From an uncultured Planctomycetia bacterium (GTDB taxonomy: Bacteria > Omnitrophota > Gorgyraeia > Tantalellales > Tantalellaceae), in assembly GCA_964580895.1 (NCBI GenBank), contig CAZOMD010000001.1, forward strand, positions 1 to 48,756: a DNA stretch of 48,756 bases, read 5' to 3'. The notes below the pieces were generated by a model. It did not search any database. It was not told where the DNA came from and saw only the letters and a program-made list of their open reading frames with translations. Shown here one piece after another: positions 9,821-18,859 of this stretch. Both the position numbers and the translations under genes were made by a program. Each line of letters opens with the position of its first letter. Within the stretch, counting starts at the first letter, position 1.

Positions 9821-10094
9821 GTAACAGTTCAGCTATCCACAGTAAGATAAAAGCTCTGTGCTAAAGGGTGGATACCGGGATATGCCGAGAATTTAGTAAA
9901 GTCTTGCGCATCCTGGCCAGCCATATAAACGGCTAGGGCGACGGGAAGGATGCTTTTGAGCATTGAGCGGTCTATGGCCGACAGGATATGAATAATTTAA
10001 GCTTCCCCGCTAAGCTACGCCTGAAGAACAAAAATAATAAATAGACCGCCAGAAGCGCAAAAAGCATCCTTCCCGCGGATAACCGAACTATTAC
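9821..10094 (+). repeat. 274-bp TIR-bounded structured repeat, copy A (MITE-like or ncRNA)
   Basis: Roughly 90% identical by eye to 41747-42020 in the same orientation. Ends gtaacagttcagctatcc / ggataaccgaactattac are inverted repeats. Nested internal stems: gggaaggatgctttt/aaaagcatccttccc, gcggtctat/atagaccgc, atgct/agcat, agctt/aagct. Confidence 0.85.
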
Positions 10095-10141
10095 CTCCCT
10101 CCGTGAAGCAATCTATCCCTGCCGGGCAGGCGCTACGCGCT

Positions 10142-10203
10142 GTCCGCTAACACTCCCAACCGGCGAACTGGTTAACTGGCGAACCAGCAAACCAAATAAC
10201 AAC
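10142..10203 (+). repeat. Degenerate 8-nt periodic array (NNGNNAAC)
   Basis: cggcgaac tggttaac tggcgaac cagcaaac caaataac, with the AAC triplet recurring exactly every 8 nt. Confidence 0.8.
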
Positions 10204-10226
10204 CTATTGACTCCTGAAACCTACTT

Positions 10227-10817
10227 ATGCTAAACTTTTACATCATGAGTCTCATTCCCAAACATAAAAATAACGAATTGGTAAAATACGGAAAGCTTCT
10301 CCACGCCGAAAAACTGGTGATCGGTACGGGCGGCAATATCAGCGAAAGGGACGGGGTCTGTCTTATAATCAAGCGAAAAGGCGCCGATATGTCCGTCGCC
10401 GAGCCCGAAGACTATCTCCGGTTCACGTTCCTGGAAACGGAAGGCAAAGAACCCGCGACCATGAGCTCGGAAACCCCCGTGCATGTGGCGTGTTACAGGG
10501 CGAAGAAAGATATCGGCGCGATAATCCACGCCCACCCTTCATACGTCATCGCCGCGGCGGCAAGGAACGCGGCGCTTGAAGGCATATCTTACGAGTTCGA
10601 TTACATAATACAGTCTCCGGTACCGCTGCTCGAGTATATTTCGCCGGGCTCAAAAGAGCTCGCCGAAGCCGTCGCACGCGAAGTAAAGAACGGCGCCAAC
10701 GCGGTTCTGCTCAAAAAACACGGCGCTTTCACTTTCGGCACGGACCTTAACGAGGCGTTCACAAGGATGGTCGCGCTTGAGCGGGCGGCTATCACCTATC
10801 TCCACAGCCAAAAGTAA
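10227..10817 (+). CDS. Class II aldolase/adducin-family protein (MtnB/FucA-like)
   Basis: GTGGNISER, IIHAHPSYVIAAA and LLKKHGAFTFG motifs. ATG at 10245 is an alternative start if TTGACT (10207)/TAAACT (10231) is the promoter. Confidence 0.75.
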   Translation: MLNFYIMSLIPKHKNNELVKYGKLLHAEKLVIGTGGNISERDGVCLIIKRKGADMSVAEPEDYLRFTFLETEGKEPATMSSETPVHVACYRAKKDIGAIIHAHPSYVIAAAARNAALEGISYEFDYIIQSPVPLLEYISPGSKELAEAVAREVKNGANAVLLKKHGAFTFGTDLNEAFTRMVALERAAITYLHSQK

Positions 10818-10982
10818 TACGCCTTTTCCTTCGTATCCCCATAAAAATTATTTCCTTGTTTACCGGCGCTATTCCCTTATAATATTTATCGAACGCCCGG
10901 CATGGACATACTTCAAGGCTTCCTATTCTATCCTGCCGGCATATAGATCGTAAAAACGCACAAAAAGGAAAGGATCCCGGTC

Positions 10983-12440
10983 ATGGTATTAAAAACTTTT
11001 CGCAGCAAAACTTTTTCAAAGAATATCTTCTGGCTTCTGCTGATCCTCATACTGCCGGCTTTCGTGCTTTGGGGCATCGGCAGTTTCACGGGACAGCCGC
11101 CCCTCGTCGGGACCATAGACGGAAAAGGCATCACACCCTCCGCTCTGGCGGAAAGTCAATTGGGGATACGAGCTCAGCTCTTCTTCGCTTATTTCACTGA
11201 TTCCGAGACCTTGAACAAACTGCTCCGGAACCGGTCGCTTCTCAACTCGATGGCGTGGGAAAGGCTCATCTTCCTGCACGAGGCCGAAAAAAAAAGGATC
11301 AAGGTGTCGGACGACGCGATAATCTCGTTCATCTATAAACAGCCGCTTTTTCAAAGGGGCGGGGCCTTTGATCCCGACGCTTACGCGTATATCCTGCGTA
11401 ACGCTCTTTCGATGGAGCCTCGCCAGTTCGAAGAACTTATGCGGGAGAACCTTAAGGTCATAGCCCTCCGCCAGGATATAATAAAGGATATCACCGTCAG
11501 CGACGAGGAAGTCTCGAACTATTACCGAAAACTTAACAGCAAAGTGATCTTATCGTATCTCTTCTTCGACAGAAAAGACTATGAGAAGGACTTAACAGTA
11601 TCACCGGAAGAGGCCTCCGCCTACTACGCGGCGAACAAAGCCCGGTTCGTGGCCCCGGCCGAAGTAGAGGTCGAATATCTCGAGTTCCCTTATTCCACCG
11701 AAGAAGAGAAACAAACCGCTCTGGATCTGGCCGGCGGCATCTATCGGAAACTTGTCTCGTCACAAGAGGACTTGGGCAAGTTCGCGGCCGGACAAGAACT
11801 TAAATACGGCAAAACCGACCCTTTCTCGCGCGAGGACATAATCCCCGGAGTCCCTTTTTTCCAGGAGTTCTATGACACGGCCTTCCGTCTTTCTAAAGAA
11901 GACCTAAGCATGCCGATATCTCCGACCGCGGATAAAGGATCGTATTACATTTTGCGCAAGACCGGCGAGATCCCTTCCCGCGAGAAAAAATTGGACGAGG
12001 TCCTATTGGAAGTCGAGAAGATCATCTTGTCCGAAAAAAGCGCGTCTTTAGCTAAAAAGGAAGCGGATAAAGTCCACAGTGAACTCTCTTCTTCGACCGA
12101 TTCCCTGGAAACAAAAGCTTCCCTTCTCGGGAAAACAGCGGTAAAAACCGAAGCGATAACATATGCCGATTATATCGATAATGTGGGTTCGGCCAGAGAT
12201 ATAGTTTTCGCCGCCCAGGAAAAGAACCCGGGCGACCTGCTCTCTCACAAAAAAAAAAAAAACGGTTCGGCGGTGATCCGTGTCGACCAGATCCTGCCGC
12301 CTTCCGATGAAACTTTCGAAAAAGAGAAAGACAACCTGCGCACGACCCTCCTTATCCGCAAACAGGTGAAGGTCATGGAAGATTGGTTCAGCAAAAACTC
12401 GTCGCGGGCAAAATTGCGGACGCCTTTGGAGGAGTTGTAA
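10983..12440 (+). CDS. PpiD/SurA-family periplasmic chaperone (membrane anchored)
   Basis: An N-terminal TM anchor is followed by a SurA-N-like region, as in PpiD. I could not confirm a parvulin domain. Confidence 0.6.
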   Translation: MVLKTFRSKTFSKNIFWLLLILILPAFVLWGIGSFTGQPPLVGTIDGKGITPSALAESQLGIRAQLFFAYFTDSETLNKLLRNRSLLNSMAWERLIFLHEAEKKRIKVSDDAIISFIYKQPLFQRGGAFDPDAYAYILRNALSMEPRQFEELMRENLKVIALRQDIIKDITVSDEEVSNYYRKLNSKVILSYLFFDRKDYEKDLTVSPEEASAYYAANKARFVAPAEVEVEYLEFPYSTEEEKQTALDLAGGIYRKLVSSQEDLGKFAAGQELKYGKTDPFSREDIIPGVPFFQEFYDTAFRLSKEDLSMPISPTADKGSYYILRKTGEIPSREKKLDEVLLEVEKIILSEKSASLAKKEADKVHSELSSSTDSLETKASLLGKTAVKTEAITYADYIDNVGSARDIVFAAQEKNPGDLLSHKKKKNGSAVIRVDQILPPSDETFEKEKDNLRTTLLIRKQVKVMEDWFSKNSSRAKLRTPLEEL

Positions 12441-12459
12441 CTCTAAGCGCGGGTAGCTA

Positions 12460-12909
12460 TCATTCAAGGAATTTCTGCAGTTCTTCCATGAACGCCGAGA
12501 TGTCCTTGAACCTTCGGTAGACCGAAGCGAACCTCACGTACGCCACCTCGTCAAGCGCGTGGAGTTCTTCCATCACCATATTGCCGATAATGGTCGTCTT
12601 GATCTCGCTGTCCGTCTTTTTCTGGACCTCGCGTTCGATCTTTTCGACTATCTCGTCGATCTTATCCATGCTGACCGGCCGCTTTTCGCACGCTTTCATT
12701 ATCCCGGCCCGTATCTTGTCCCGGTCGAACCTTTTTCGGCTGCCGTCCCTTTTTACCACCATGAGAGGCGCCTTATCAATATATTCATACGTGGTGAACC
12801 TCGTGCCGCAACCCAAGCATTCCCGGCGGCGACGTATGCTCATCCCCTCTCCGCTCATCCGCGAATCTATGACCTTATCCTCGATACTTTTACAGGAGGG
12901 ACACTTCAT
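12460..12909 (-). CDS. nrdR: Transcriptional repressor NrdR
   Basis: MKCPSCKS...KVIDSR...[17 protein letters not shown] zinc ribbon plus an ATP-cone. Confidence 0.92.
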   Translation of the reverse strand: MKCPSCKSIEDKVIDSRMSGEGMSIRRRRECLGCGTRFTTYEYIDKAPLMVVKRDGSRKRFDRDKIRAGIMKACEKRPVSMDKIDEIVEKIEREVQKKTDSEIKTTIIGNMVMEELHALDEVAYVRFASVYRRFKDISAFMEELQKFLE

Positions 12910-13391
12910 GGTTCGACTACCGCCATTTCTATCCCGGCTTCTTCTATAAATTTCAGGGCAAAATCATCCGGATAACTGCCCTGTATGACTATCTTCTTGA
13001 TCCCGACGTTTATTATCATCTTAGCGCATATGCTGCACGGTTGCGTAGTCACGTATAATACCGCCCCTTCTAAGCTGGAGCCGTGCCTTGCCGCCTGTAA
13101 AAAGGCGTTCTGTTCCGCGTGAAGGGCTCTGCATAGTTCGTGTCTTTCTCCCGACGGCACGCCAAGTTTTTCCCTGAGACACCCGACCTTGTCGCAATGG
13201 ATTATCCCTGTCGGGGCGCCGTTATACCCGGTCGCGAGTATCTGTTTATTTTTTACCACGACCGCCCCTACCTGTCTCCTTAGGCACGTGGACCTCGTGG
13301 AAACAAGACGCGCTATGCTGAGAAAATACTCATCCCAGCTCGGACGCGGGATCTCGCTTATCACAGTTTTTTTGCTTGTTTTATTTTTCAC
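12906..13391 (-). CDS. dCMP (deoxycytidylate) deaminase
   Basis: HAEQNA...PCSICAKMI zinc-binding motifs of the CMP/dCMP deaminase family. 4-nt overlaps with glyA and nrdR. Confidence 0.85.
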   Translation of the reverse strand: MKNKTSKKTVISEIPRPSWDEYFLSIARLVSTRSTCLRRQVGAVVVKNKQILATGYNGAPTGIIHCDKVGCLREKLGVPSGERHELCRALHAEQNAFLQAARHGSSLEGAVLYVTTQPCSICAKMIINVGIKKIVIQGSYPDDFALKFIEEAGIEMAVVEP

Positions 13392-14650
13392 TCCGCCTCC
13401 ATCTCATCTATCCAATTCTTGTATAGCGGAAAACTTTTGAGCATCTCCTTGACACGTTGTTTTATCGACGCCAAGGTCTTATCGTTTTCCCGCGCGTTCA
13501 GGGCTTCGTCGATAAGCCCAGCTACGACATCCATCTCATTCTCTCCCATCCCTCGGGTCGTGACCGCGGGCGTTCCGAGCCGGATCCCGCTTGTAACGAA
13601 CGGGCTTTTGGGATCAAACGGTATAAGGTTCTTATTCACGGTTATGCCCGCTTTGTCCAGGCATATCTCAGCCTCTTTCCCGGTTATACCTTTACCCGAA
13701 AGGTCGACCAGCATAAGATGATTGTCCGTCCCGCCGGACACTATCCTATATCCTTTTTTCTTGAGCTCCTCGGAAAACCTCTTCGCGTTCTTTACCACTT
13801 TCCCCTGATAGTCCCTGAACCCCGGTTCCAACGCCTCCTTGAACGAAACGGCCTTCCCGGCGATAACGTGCATGAGCGGCCCTCCCTGTATGCCCGGGAA
13901 GATCTCCGAATCGATCTTTTTAGCGTATTCCGCCCTGCAAAGGATCATGCCGCCCCTCGGCCCGCGCAGCGTCTTATGTGTGGTGGTCGTGACAAACTCC
14001 GCGTGAGGCACAGGGTTAGGATGTATCTCGGCCGCCACAAGCCCCGCGATATGGGCCATGTCCACCATCAGTATGGCGCCTATCTCGTCGCAGATGGCCC
14101 TAAACTTCGCGAAATCTATCTCCCGAGGATACGCCGACGCCCCCGCGAGTATCATCTTCGGTTTATGTTCGAGAGCTTTCGCGCGTATCTCGTCGAAATC
14201 CAGCCTTTCAGTTTTCCTATGCACGCCGTAAGAGATCACATTGAAATATTTGCCCGAAAAATTTTTTTTGTGCCCGTGAGTAAGGTGTCCCCCGCAGGAT
14301 AGGTCCATCGCAAGGACGGTATCGCCAATATTCAGCATGGAAAAATATACCGCCATGTTCGCCTGGGAACCGGAATGCGGCTGCACGTTTACATGTTCCG
14401 CCCCGAAAAGTCTTTTCGCCCGTTCGATAGCTAGGCCTTCCGCCACGTCGATGAACTCGCACCCCCCGTAATAACGGGCATGGGGATATCCCTCGGCGTA
14501 TTTATTCGTCATGGCCGATGAGACCGCGCCCATTACGGCCCTAGAGGCAAAATTCTCGCTCGCGATGAGCTCGATGCCCTCGTTCTCCCTTTTCGTCTCG
14601 TTCAGAACAGCCTGGAATATTTCCGGATCGGTCTCTTTTAAATGTTTCAT
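13388..14650 (-). CDS. glyA: Serine hydroxymethyltransferase
   Basis: [21 protein letters not shown] and [14 protein letters not shown] motifs. Confidence 0.95.
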   Translation of the reverse strand: MKHLKETDPEIFQAVLNETKRENEGIELIASENFASRAVMGAVSSAMTNKYAEGYPHARYYGGCEFIDVAEGLAIERAKRLFGAEHVNVQPHSGSQANMAVYFSMLNIGDTVLAMDLSCGGHLTHGHKKNFSGKYFNVISYGVHRKTERLDFDEIRAKALEHKPKMILAGASAYPREIDFAKFRAICDEIGAILMVDMAHIAGLVAAEIHPNPVPHAEFVTTTTHKTLRGPRGGMILCRAEYAKKIDSEIFPGIQGGPLMHVIAGKAVSFKEALEPGFRDYQGKVVKNAKRFSEELKKKGYRIVSGGTDNHLMLVDLSGKGITGKEAEICLDKAGITVNKNLIPFDPKSPFVTSGIRLGTPAVTTRGMGENEMDVVAGLIDEALNARENDKTLASIKQRVKEMLKSFPLYKNWIDEMEAE

Positions 14651-14750
14651 TATTATTCACCACATTCCTTTAATAAGTTTTCATCTTAGATCGTTAAAAA
14701 AACGCTTTTTATTCTGATCGGGAGCTATCGTCATACACAATGTTTTTCTA

Positions 14751-14873
14751 CGGGCTGGTCCTGTCGGCGTCCATTCTGCGCGCATCTGATTCGCCTCCAC
14801 TAAAGTTTCGGCGAATCCTGCTGTGCTCGAATTCCCGCCGCCACCCGCCTTGTATAAAATCTTTTTTCAACAG
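14751..14873 (-). promoter_or_regulatory. Conserved structured 5' leader of glyA (candidate riboswitch, copy 1)
   Basis: Minus-strand RNA blocks GCGGGUGGCGGCGGGAAUUCGAGCACAGCA and GAUGCGCGCAGAAUGGACGCCGACAGGACC are shared with the purB leader. Between them is an 8-bp hairpin, GGAUUCGCC...GGCGAAUC. The upstream CTGTTGAAA is also shared. Confidence 0.6.
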
Positions 14874-14875
14874 TT

Positions 14876-15343
14876 TCAAGTTATTCCTTTTTTGAACAGT
14901 TTTTTCTCTATCTTGAGTATCTGCCGGACCCTTCTTTTATGTCTTCCCCCCAGGGCCTTGGTCTCGAGCCACGTTTTCGTTATTTCGGCGGCTTTAGCAT
15001 AACTGGTCTTGTTCGCGGCAAGCACAAGAACGTTCGCGTCGTTATGCTGCCGTGAAGACAAAGCGTCCTCCACGGAATTACATAGCCCTGCCCTTACTCC
15101 GGGCAGCTTGTTGGCGATGATGGACATCCCTATACCGCTCTTACAGATAACTACGCCTCTTGAGGCCTTCCCGGACGATACCATCCGCGCCGCCTCGTAC
15201 CCATATTCGGGATAATCGACCGGCTCGGGAGAATCCGTTCCGACATCCGTTACGGGATATCCCTCTTTTTTCAACAACGTTTTTACCCGTTCTTTAAGCT
15301 CGTACCCCCCGTGATCCGCGCCGATAGCTATTCTTTTAGCCAT
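14876..15343 (-). CDS. rpiB: Ribose-5-phosphate isomerase B
   Basis: IAIGADHGGYELK...VVICKSGIGMSIIANK, the RpiB/LacAB pattern. Confidence 0.9.
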   Translation of the reverse strand: MAKRIAIGADHGGYELKERVKTLLKKEGYPVTDVGTDSPEPVDYPEYGYEAARMVSSGKASRGVVICKSGIGMSIIANKLPGVRAGLCNSVEDALSSRQHNDANVLVLAANKTSYAKAAEITKTWLETKALGGRHKRRVRQILKIEKKLFKKGIT

Positions 15344-15789
15344 TTGATAAATCCTTCTACGGAATTTTTTATAAGCTCGAAAGCCGCGTCATAAAACCCG
15401 ATAGGCCGCCCGATCGGGTCCGGAATTATTGTATTATCGCCGTTCCTGCCGAAAGCCCCGAGAAACAATATCTTTTCGTCTGCCTGCGGCAACATGTCGA
15501 GGATCTTCGCCCTATGCATGGGTTCCATTATAAGGATAACATCCGCCCAGTTTATCATCTCGTCCGTGAGCTGCTTTGACGCGAGGTCTTTGGTGTCTAT
15601 CGCGGCGCCCCTCAGCACTTTAAGCGCCTCCTGAGTAGGCGTCATCCCGAGAAAACCCAATGTCCCGGCCGACCTCACCTCTATGTCAAGCCCTTCTTTT
15701 TTGACACACGCCCTCATGTACGCTTCCGCCATTATGCTTCTACAGCTATTGCCGGTACAAACAAAAAGTATGTGTTTTATTTTTTTCAT
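15328..15789 (-). CDS. Low-molecular-weight protein phosphatase (YwlE-like)
   Basis: The P-loop ILFVCTGNSCRS. Position next to rpiB and glyA matches the Bacillus ywlE-ywlF-glyA arrangement. Confidence 0.85.
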   Translation of the reverse strand: MKKIKHILFVCTGNSCRSIMAEAYMRACVKKEGLDIEVRSAGTLGFLGMTPTQEALKVLRGAAIDTKDLASKQLTDEMINWADVILIMEPMHRAKILDMLPQADEKILFLGAFGRNGDNTIIPDPIGRPIGFYDAAFELIKNSVEGFIKWLKE

Positions 15790-15802
15790 CGGACGGCCGA
15801 GT

Positions 15803-16303
15803 TTATTTTTTCCTTTTAATGCTCCGATTCTTTTCGTCTATTTTTTTGACGAGTTCCTTTTTATATCCCTCGATCTTAGCTCTCATCTGTGCCGAACTCG
15901 CGCCGATTATCTCGGCCGCCAAAATAGCGCTATTGACCGCGCCGGTTTTCCCTATGGCAACTGTAGCTACAGGAACACCCGCAGGCATCTGGACCGTGGA
16001 AAGAAGAGAATCTATGCCGTCGAGCTTCGTTTCCATCGGCACGCCTATAACGGGAAGAACTGTGTGCGCCGCGATAACGCCGGCAAGGTGGGCCGCTCCG
16101 CCGGCTCCCGCGATGATCACCATTATGCCGCGCTTTGCCGCGCCTTTGGCGAACTTCGTGGTCTTTTCCGGCGATCTGTGAGCGGAAAATATATGTGTTT
16201 CATACACGATCCCGAACCTCTCGAGCATGACCCCGGCTTCGGACATGACCGGAAGATCGGAATCGCTCCCCATAACTATGCTCACTAACGGCTTGTTTTT
16301 CAT
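15803..16303 (-). CDS. purE: N5-carboxyaminoimidazole ribonucleotide mutase
   Basis: [14 protein letters not shown] and [10 protein letters not shown] motifs. I chose the start at MKNKPLV (AGGCGG upstream). The 5' ORF extension to 16381 looks non-coding. Confidence 0.85.
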   Translation of the reverse strand: MKNKPLVSIVMGSDSDLPVMSEAGVMLERFGIVYETHIFSAHRSPEKTTKFAKGAAKRGIMVIIAGAGGAAHLAGVIAAHTVLPVIGVPMETKLDGIDSLLSTVQMPAGVPVATVAIGKTGAVNSAILAAEIIGASSAQMRAKIEGYKKELVKKIDEKNRSIKRKK

Positions 16304-16360
16304 AGTGTTCCGCCTGTCTATCTCTTTCTTTTTCATATAGGTCGAACACACGGGTTCGCC

Positions 16361-16418
16361 CCTACACGTCCAACGTCCCACGTCCTACATCCCACGGTTT
16401 TCCTGACCTCTGACTTCC
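16361..16418 (+). repeat. Degenerate 7-nt periodic array plus tgacYtc units
   Basis: cctacacgt ccaacgt cccacgt cctacat cccacgg, then tgacctc tgacttc. The 14-mer gtcccacgtcctac recurs at 18800-18813. Confidence 0.75.
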
Positions 16419-16428
16419 GCCCTTTTCC

Positions 16429-17709
16429 CTACGCCAGTTCCGCCCTGACCAAGGCCTTTCTGCCTATATCCCGCCTATAATGCATTCCTTCGAACTGGAC
16501 TTTTTTTACGGCCCGATAAGTATTGTCTATCGCGTCTTTTATCGTGTGCCCTTTGGCTACCACATTCAATACGCGCCCGCCGCTCGTCACAATATTGCCG
16601 TCTTTTAGCTCCGTGCCGGCGTGAAACACAAGCGCGCCTTCCTTTACGGCCTCGTCGCATCCGGTAACGACCTTCCCGTTCTCATATTTTTCGGGATATC
16701 CTCCCGCCGCGAGAACGACGCACACGCACGACCTTTCGTCCCACTCCACGGTTTTCCCGGAGATGTCGCCTTCCGCCGTCGCCAGCATTAATTCCGCGAG
16801 GTCCGATTTCATGCGCGGTAAGATCGCCTGCGTCTCGGGATCCCCGAAACGCACGTTATATTCAAGCACCTTCGGCCCTGCGTCGGTCACCATTATCCCG
16901 GCGTAGAGAACGCCTTTATACTCTATCCCTTCGCGGTAAAGCCCTTTTATCGTAGGCGAGATTATATTTTCCATTATGTCCTTTAACATGCTTTCGTCGA
17001 CCAGAGGCGCCGGGGAATAGGCCCCCATGCCCCCTGTATTGGGCCCTTTATCGTTATTAAAAACCCTTTTATGGTCCTGGCTCGTCGCCAGCGGGATCAC
17101 ATTCGTGCCATCGGTCACGACCAGTATCGACACTTCTTCCCCTTTTAGGCACTCCTCAACTATTATTTTGTGTCCCGCGGCGCCGAACACTTTCTCCACC
17201 AGCATGCCTCTGGCGGCAGACACGGCTTCTTCGACCGTATCGGCGACAATTACGCCTTTCCCGGCGGCAAGCCCATACGCCTTCACGACAATAGGGGCGC
17301 CTTCCGACATGATATGGTCTTTCGCCTTTTCGAAATCATCGAATATTCGGAAACTCGCCGTAGGCACATTGTATTTTCCCATTATCTCTTTCGCGAATAT
17401 CTTGCTTGATTCCATCCGCGCCGCCGCGTACGCCGGCCCGAAGACCTTTATCCCGGCACTCTCCAGATCGTCCGCGATACCGATCGCCAGCGGGGCTTCC
17501 GGACCGACCACTACTAGGTCTATCTTTTTCTCCTTACAACACGCGATCACTTCCTGATGCTTGGTTATGTTGAGTTTAATGTTAATGGCGCTACCCGACG
17601 TCCCGCCGTTCCCCGGCGCGCAGTAGATCTCGCTTACTATCGGGCTTTGCCTCAATTTCCAGCAGAACGCGTGTTCGCGCCCGCCGGACCCTATGATAAG
17701 AACATTCAT
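16429..17709 (-). CDS. purD: Phosphoribosylamine-glycine ligase
   Basis: MNVLIIGSGGREHA N-terminus and an ATP-grasp body. Confidence 0.93.
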   Translation of the reverse strand: MNVLIIGSGGREHAFCWKLRQSPIVSEIYCAPGNGGTSGSAINIKLNITKHQEVIACCKEKKIDLVVVGPEAPLAIGIADDLESAGIKVFGPAYAAARMESSKIFAKEIMGKYNVPTASFRIFDDFEKAKDHIMSEGAPIVVKAYGLAAGKGVIVADTVEEAVSAARGMLVEKVFGAAGHKIIVEECLKGEEVSILVVTDGTNVIPLATSQDHKRVFNNDKGPNTGGMGAYSPAPLVDESMLKDIMENIISPTIKGLYREGIEYKGVLYAGIMVTDAGPKVLEYNVRFGDPETQAILPRMKSDLAELMLATAEGDISGKTVEWDERSCVCVVLAAGGYPEKYENGKVVTGCDEAVKEGALVFHAGTELKDGNIVTSGGRVLNVVAKGHTIKDAIDNTYRAVKKVQFEGMHYRRDIGRKALVRAELA

Positions 17710-17748
17710 GCTGTCAATCCCCTTTCGTCCATATCCAAACCTGCATTT

Positions 17749-18750
17749 TTATATAAGCTCGGCCCTTCTTTTCCCTTTAACGATCTCACCGATGATCCAG
17801 CTTTTTATTCCGTGCCTTTTGAGGAGGATTTTGGACACGATGCCGGCGTCTTTTTTGCTGACGGCGAGCGTCATCCCTATCCCCATATTGAAGGTGCGGT
17901 ACAATTCTTTATCTTTTTCACCCGTCTTATCGACTATCATCGTGAAAACTTTCGGCAGAACCCATGTCCCCTTGCGTATCACGGCCTGTCTTCCTTCCGG
18001 CAGCATCCGCGGGATATTGTCGTAAAAACCGCCTCCAGTGATATTGGCGGCGCCCTTTATTCTCGCGGACCGCGCCGCGTCCAAAAAGGCCTTTACATAA
18101 ATTATCGTAGGCGTGAGGAACAACCCGCTTTGCCGCTTTAGTTCCCGTTCCGTGAAAAGTTTGCGTACCATCGAGAACCCGTTCGAGTGTAATCCGCTCG
18201 ATGCTATCCCCAAAATAACATCACCCGGCGTTATGTCATCGCCCGTTATTATCTTCTCCCGTTCTACAACGCCTACGGCGAACCCGGCAAGGTCGTACTC
18301 GCCTGCGGCGTACATCCCGGGCATCTCGGCGGTCTCGCCGCCGATAAGCGCGCACCCCGCCTGCTTGCAGCCGTCCACGATACTTTTTATCACCTTATTC
18401 CAGACACCTTTTTCGAGTTTCCCCGTAGCGAAATAATCAAGAAAGAACAGCGGCCTGGCCCCCGAACAAAGAACGTCATTGACGCACATCGCGACAAGGT
18501 CTATCCCGATAGTGTCATGCTTGGACGCAAGCTGGGCTATCTTTAGTTTCGTCCCGACACCATCGGTAGAGGCCACGAGTATGGGATCTTTTAGCCCGGT
18601 CTTGGCCATATCGAAAAAACCCCCAAAGCTCCCGACCGACCCCACGCACCCTTTTATCCTGGTCGAATTAATAAGATTTTTAGCTTTTTCGATAAGGAGA
18701 TCCGCCTTGTTTATGTCCACGCCCGATCTCTTATATGTTATATTTTTCAT
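17749..18750 (-). CDS. purM: Phosphoribosylformylglycinamidine cyclo-ligase (AIR synthetase)
   Basis: YKRSGVDI...STDGVGTK...IGGETAEMP motifs. Confidence 0.93.
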   Translation of the reverse strand: MKNITYKRSGVDINKADLLIEKAKNLINSTRIKGCVGSVGSFGGFFDMAKTGLKDPILVASTDGVGTKLKIAQLASKHDTIGIDLVAMCVNDVLCSGARPLFFLDYFATGKLEKGVWNKVIKSIVDGCKQAGCALIGGETAEMPGMYAAGEYDLAGFAVGVVEREKIITGDDITPGDVILGIASSGLHSNGFSMVRKLFTERELKRQSGLFLTPTIIYVKAFLDAARSARIKGAANITGGGFYDNIPRMLPEGRQAVIRKGTWVLPKVFTMIVDKTGEKDKELYRTFNMGIGMTLAVSKKDAGIVSKILLKRHGIKSWIIGEIVKGKRRAELI

Positions 18751-18794
18751 TACGCCCTTTCTTCTATTGGTTCTCTAGTTCGTTGGTTATCTGT

Positions 18795-18859
18795 AGGACG
18801 TCCCACGTCCTACGAAACCGGCGGAACCAGTTAACCAGCGAACCGGCTAACCGGATAAC
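18795..18859 (+). repeat. Hairpin plus 8-nt periodic array (NNGNNAAC)
   Basis: gtaggacg-tccca-cgtcctac hairpin, then gaaac cggcggaac cagttaac cagcgaac cggctaac cggataac. The last units overlap the purB stop codon. Confidence 0.8.

Noticed and set aside
14751-14849. Assignment of the glyA/purB leader to the ZTP (pfl) or glycine riboswitch class
   Set aside because: There are partial resemblances (GGCG...CGGG..AGC; GCCGACAGGAC). However, the diagnostic GGGUCGUGACUGGCG / CCGCCUGGGC (ZTP) and GGAGAG / ACCGAAGGGGCAA (glycine) cores and their helix layout are absent by eye. This needs cmsearch.
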